Shown piece after piece: positions 33,305-36,275 of a stretch of DNA of 36,275 bases. The position numbers were made by a program, and so were the translations under genes. The notes beneath the pieces are model-generated. The model was given only the letters and a program-made list of their open reading frames with translations, was not told the origin of the DNA and made no database searches. Source of the DNA: a bacterium. Its GTDB lineage: Bacteria > Bacillota_I > Bacilli_A > RF39 > UBA660. How positions within the stretch are numbered: position 1 is the first letter of the stretch; every line of letters starts with the position of its first letter. The stretch spans positions 10,082 to 46,356 of the forward strand of contig CAVDFY010000024.1 in the NCBI GenBank assembly GCA_963607925.1, in the 5' to 3' direction.

Positions 33305-33850
33305 ATGAGAAGAGGAAAAAAAGATAATGGACTAGTAAGTATAAATGTTAAAAATCTTACGATTTTAACAATAATTGTAGTTATAATTACTGTTTTTTTT
33401 GGAATTTATTGCTTAAAAACGCATGATTACAATAGAGAAAACATTCTAAAAAATAATTATTTAATTACAAAGGATGGAGATTATAGAAAGTATACCGCAG
33501 GCTCACTAGATGATGAATATGACCAAGATAAGATGCCATACAGAGTAGAATATATTACAATTAAAAATGATTATTCAAAAATTTCTAGGCACATGGTATG
33601 GAGGGTTGATAATGAAGATACATATATTAATCAATTTTATGATTATGAGTACACTCCATCATCAAACATTGCAAAAGGAAGCTTTAATAATATATTAAAA
33701 GATGGAACTTTTAATTTCTATTCGGTATCATATGACTTTAATAATGGAAAATTTATTTGTGATGCAGAAGAGTATGAATGTAACATGTACGTTCAAGATT
33801 TAATGGATTTAAAAGAAGAATATTATTCATTGATAAAAGATAGTAAATAG
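33305..33850 (+). CDS. Membrane-anchored hypothetical protein (181 aa)
   Basis: N-terminal TM segment LTILTIIVVIITVFFGIYCL. No recognisable motif. Confidence 0.6.
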   Translation: MRRGKKDNGLVSINVKNLTILTIIVVIITVFFGIYCLKTHDYNRENILKNNYLITKDGDYRKYTAGSLDDEYDQDKMPYRVEYITIKNDYSKISRHMVWRVDNEDTYINQFYDYEYTPSSNIAKGSFNNILKDGTFNFYSVSYDFNNGKFICDAEEYECNMYVQDLMDLKEEYYSLIKDSK

Positions 33851-33883
33851 TTTAATAATTATTTACTTTTTTTATAAATAAAA

Positions 33884-33903
33884 AACTACTCATAAGAGTA
33901 GTT
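33884..33903 (-). terminator. Terminator downstream of tRNA-Met
   Basis: AACTACTC ataa GAGTAGTT. On the minus strand it is followed by TTTTTTATTTAT. Confidence 0.7.
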
Positions 33904-33912
33904 AATAACTTA

Positions 33913-33989
33913 TGGTAGCGACGGAGGGATTCGAACCCACGACCCCCTGGGTATGAACCAGATGCTCTAGCCAACTGAGCTACATCGCC
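33913..33989 (-). tRNA. tRNA-Met (CAU), elongator type, CCA encoded
   Basis: The reverse complement GGCGATGTAGCTCAGTTGGCTAGAGCATCTGGTTCATACCCAGGGGGTCGTGGGTTCGAATCCCTCCGTCGCTACCA folds as a cloverleaf. The anticodon loop is UUCAUAC. It closely resembles B. subtilis elongator tRNA-Met. A lysidine-modified tRNA-Ile2 cannot be strictly excluded. Confidence 0.88.
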
Positions 33990-34016
33990 ATGATAATAAT
34001 TTTCACAAGTGAATTA

Positions 34017-34045
34017 ATTATATCAAATAAAATTCTTATAATCAA
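34017..34045 (-). promoter_or_regulatory. Promoter of tRNA-Met
   Basis: Minus strand: TTGATT, a 17-nt spacer, then TATAAT, ending ~28 nt upstream of the mature 5' end. Confidence 0.7.
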
Positions 34046-34120
34046 GTATTTAAACTTAAAAAATCGAAAAATATTGTAAAAAATTTAATATAAGATATAA
34101 TTTAATTAAGGAGTACACTT

Positions 34121-34738
34121 ATGAAGAAAAATATAGTAACAATAGTATTTAAATATATTAATAAAAAACATAATAATGAAGAATTATTAAAAGACTTAAA
34201 TGAATTAATAGAGTTATATCCAAAAGATGAAAAGATAATAACTGAATTCATAACTGAAATTCATAAAATAACAGCTTCATCACTATTAGATATAGAAAGA
34301 GATTCTAAAATAGAAGAACTTTTATTAAAAAGTGAATATTATATTTCTACAGCAAAATCTATGAGTCCAATGGATGTAGCAAACATGATAGGAGGTTTGT
34401 TTTATCTTGAATGCCTTCCTGCCATAGATCAAGAATTTTTTGACGAAATGGTTGATGCTTGCATAGAAAATGGTGAAAAAGAATATGCATGGAGACTAGC
34501 ATTAAATTATGACAGAAAGTTTGACATGGATAAAATAGAAACATACTTTATAGATATTAAAGATTCATACTATTTAGCAGAATTAATTAGTATTCAAGAT
34601 AATCCAAATTACAGCAGAATAATAGCTAAATTAATAAATTCTAAAGATAAAGAATTAATTGAAAAAATATTGTCAAAAGAATATGTTGAATTTCCTGATG
34701 CATTAAAAACAAAATTAGAAAAATACATAAAAGACTAG
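34121..34738 (+). CDS. Hypothetical protein (205 aa), predicted all-helical
   Basis: SD AAGGAG. No signal peptide or TM segment, and no recognised motif. Confidence 0.6.
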   Translation: MKKNIVTIVFKYINKKHNNEELLKDLNELIELYPKDEKIITEFITEIHKITASSLLDIERDSKIEELLLKSEYYISTAKSMSPMDVANMIGGLFYLECLPAIDQEFFDEMVDACIENGEKEYAWRLALNYDRKFDMDKIETYFIDIKDSYYLAELISIQDNPNYSRIIAKLINSKDKELIEKILSKEYVEFPDALKTKLEKYIKD

Positions 34739-34789
34739 AAAAAAATAATATTTAATATATAATATATTATACAAAGGAGGATATATATA

Positions 34790-35521
34790 ATGAAGATTAT
34801 AAGTAATGATGATGTATATATTCAAGGAAACGATTTAGAACAATTATTACAAAATGATAAGACATTCCCACTAGATATGTATTATGCAGCAACTAAAGGA
34901 ATGCCACACGTAAAAAGTTTAACAAAATTTATTAAGATTGAAGGAAAACAAGCAAAAAAACTTATTAGAAAGAGTACAATAATTCCGGATTTTGCTGAAC
35001 TATATACATATACTATTGAAGAATTAGAACAGATGATTGAAAGATTGAAAAGAGAAGAATGGGATATGATATGTTCAGATGATACTCTGGGAAGACATCA
35101 AACAGCCGAAGAGAGAATAGAAAGCTATAAAAGAAAGAAAAAAATAGATTATCTATTAGCTCAAATAAGAGAAATGGTAGCATACAAAAGAGGAAAATCA
35201 ATGCTAGACTATCCAAATATACCTAATCCAGGACATAGAGTATTTGAAATAGGTGAACTAAGAGCAACATTATCATTACAAGATGGTAAGATAATATGTT
35301 ATCCTAAGACTGGAAAAACATTAAATGATATTCCATCACTAGCATTCGAAGTTGCAATCGAAGATTTAAAAACTGATATGAGAGATTATAACGATGATTT
35401 AGTTTATGATATAGATAGTAGAAGAACTGAAGATGGTAGATATTTTATAACTAGTTTTGAAGCAATAGACGAAAAAACTAATAAAGAAGAATTTCAAAGA
35501 AGATTTAAAAAGAAATGTTAA
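34790..35521 (+). CDS. Hypothetical protein (243 aa)
   Basis: SD AAGGAGG. Cytoplasmic and charged. No recognised motif. Confidence 0.6.
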   Translation: MKIISNDDVYIQGNDLEQLLQNDKTFPLDMYYAATKGMPHVKSLTKFIKIEGKQAKKLIRKSTIIPDFAELYTYTIEELEQMIERLKREEWDMICSDDTLGRHQTAEERIESYKRKKKIDYLLAQIREMVAYKRGKSMLDYPNIPNPGHRVFEIGELRATLSLQDGKIICYPKTGKTLNDIPSLAFEVAIEDLKTDMRDYNDDLVYDIDSRRTEDGRYFITSFEAIDEKTNKEEFQRRFKKKC

Positions 35522-35544
35522 GATTAAACTCTTAACATTTTTTA
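35514..35544 (+). terminator. Intrinsic terminator
   Basis: AATGTTAAG (8-nt loop) CTTAACATT followed by TTTTT. It overlaps the stop codon. Confidence 0.75.
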
Positions 35545-35609
35545 TATATTACAATTAAAAGTACTACAAAAACTAAATTAAATGTGTTAAAATGTATAAG
35601 GAGGATAGT

Positions 35610-36275
35610 ATGAATAAGACAACAATTATTATAGCGTTTATTTTTATTTTTTTAATTATACTTTTATATATATTAACATTAATTATTAAGAATAAAAGGA
35701 AAAAGGACATACTATCAAATATAGATAGATTAACAACTGAAAAAAATCTTATAATGTCTTCTTCTTTAATAACAGAGTTAGCTAAAGCAAGCAAACTAAC
35801 AAATAATAAAAAAATAGAAGAAGAAGTAGAAGATTGGAAAAAAAGATTAGACAAAATTGAAAAAGTTGATATGCCAAAACTAACAGATGAATTAGTAGAG
35901 GTAGAAACTTTGTGCATGAATAAAGAATATGCTGAAGCAAATGAAAAAATAGGTACTGTTGAAAAACATATATTTCATGTTAAAGCTAAATCAATTAAAT
36001 TATTATCTGAAATTAAGGATTTAACTGAAAGTGAAGAAAGAAATAGAGAAGCTATAACTAAATTAAAAAGTATTTATAGAGAAGTTATATTTAAATATAA
36101 CAAGAATAAAGACGATTACAAAGAAGTTGCTTCTCCAATAGAATTACAATTTGAAAATATTGATAAATTATTTAGTGCATTCGAAGTATCAATTCAAAAT
36201 CATGAATATGAAGAGTTAGGTAAAATTGTAAAAGCGCTTGATGATATGATACATAATATTAGCATTGTTATTGAA
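35610..36275 (+). CDS. ezrA: Septation ring formation regulator EzrA (3' end outside window)
   Basis: This ORF is not in the track because no stop falls inside the window. SD AAGGAGG lies upstream of ATG 35610, and the 222 codons are open to the window end. The N-terminal TM segment plus coiled coil is colinear with B. subtilis EzrA (IDRL..., MPK..., SEE(R/K)NRE..I..L...Y). Confidence 0.85.
   Translation, partial: MNKTTIIIAFIFIFLIILLYILTLIIKNKRKKDILSNIDRLTTEKNLIMSSSLITELAKASKLTNNKKIEEEVEDWKKRLDKIEKVDMPKLTDELVEVETLCMNKEYAEANEKIGTVEKHIFHVKAKSIKLLSEIKDLTESEERNREAITKLKSIYREVIFKYNKNKDDYKEVASPIELQFENIDKLFSAFEVSIQNHEYEELGKIVKALDDMIHNISIVIE

Noticed and set aside
35573-35917. 114-aa minus-strand ORF
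   Set aside because: It is antisense to the 5' part of ezrA, which has a strong SD and is open to the window end.
1-36275. Mollicutes-type genetic code (TGA = Trp), considered because of the extreme AT content
   Set aside because: TGA terminates several well-delimited genes exactly at conserved C-termini (1596-1598, 7150-7152, 20227-20229, 31311-31313, 32014-32016). Trp in conserved motifs is encoded by TGG.
1-36275. CRISPR arrays, transposases, integrases, prophage or rRNA genes
   Set aside because: There are no regularly spaced short direct repeats. No ORF has DDE, tyrosine- or serine-recombinase or phage structural motifs. The only large repeats are the paralog repeats described above.

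Overview
This is a strongly AT-rich chromosomal segment of low-GC Firmicutes type. It uses the standard genetic code (TGA is a stop, Trp is TGG). Gene contexts are Bacillus-like (rsmE-mtaB, infC-rpmI-rplT, DUF948/YtxH, ezrA). The lineage could be Erysipelotrichia- or Clostridia-like, but I cannot assign it from sequence alone.

Most of the window is housekeeping: a rhomboid protease, lexA, a class B PBP, two different prolyl-tRNA synthetases (one behind a Pro T-box), arcA plus an arcC-transporter fusion, trmB, an MscS channel, the infC-rpmI-rplT operon with its leader attenuator, Smr, rsmE, mtaB, tRNA-Met and ezrA. I saw no transposase, integrase, CRISPR array or rRNA.

Two parts are not ordinary.

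1. A scattered, incomplete type-IV-pilus-like gene set. It comprises a 369-aa modular pilin whose promoter spacer contains a G10 homopolymer, an isolated PilB/ComGA-like ATPase, and a second small pilin abutting proS.

2. A roughly 8 kb locus (10.9-18.9 kb) directly downstream of that set, encoding three large Sec-secreted proteins. They share a roughly 130-aa N-terminal module but carry different payloads: a Gly-rich plus extremely Cys-rich domain in one, and InlB-type B-repeats plus BspA-type LRRs in the other two.
   - The locus is organised as two units with duplicated promoters and terminators.
   - It contains a 1112-bp perfectly identical direct repeat with diverged flanks, and in-frame 132-bp tandem repeats.
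   - I consider this locus, possibly functionally linked to the pilus genes, the best candidate for an undescribed variable surface or adhesin system.

All functional calls rest on motif recognition by eye. No database search was possible.
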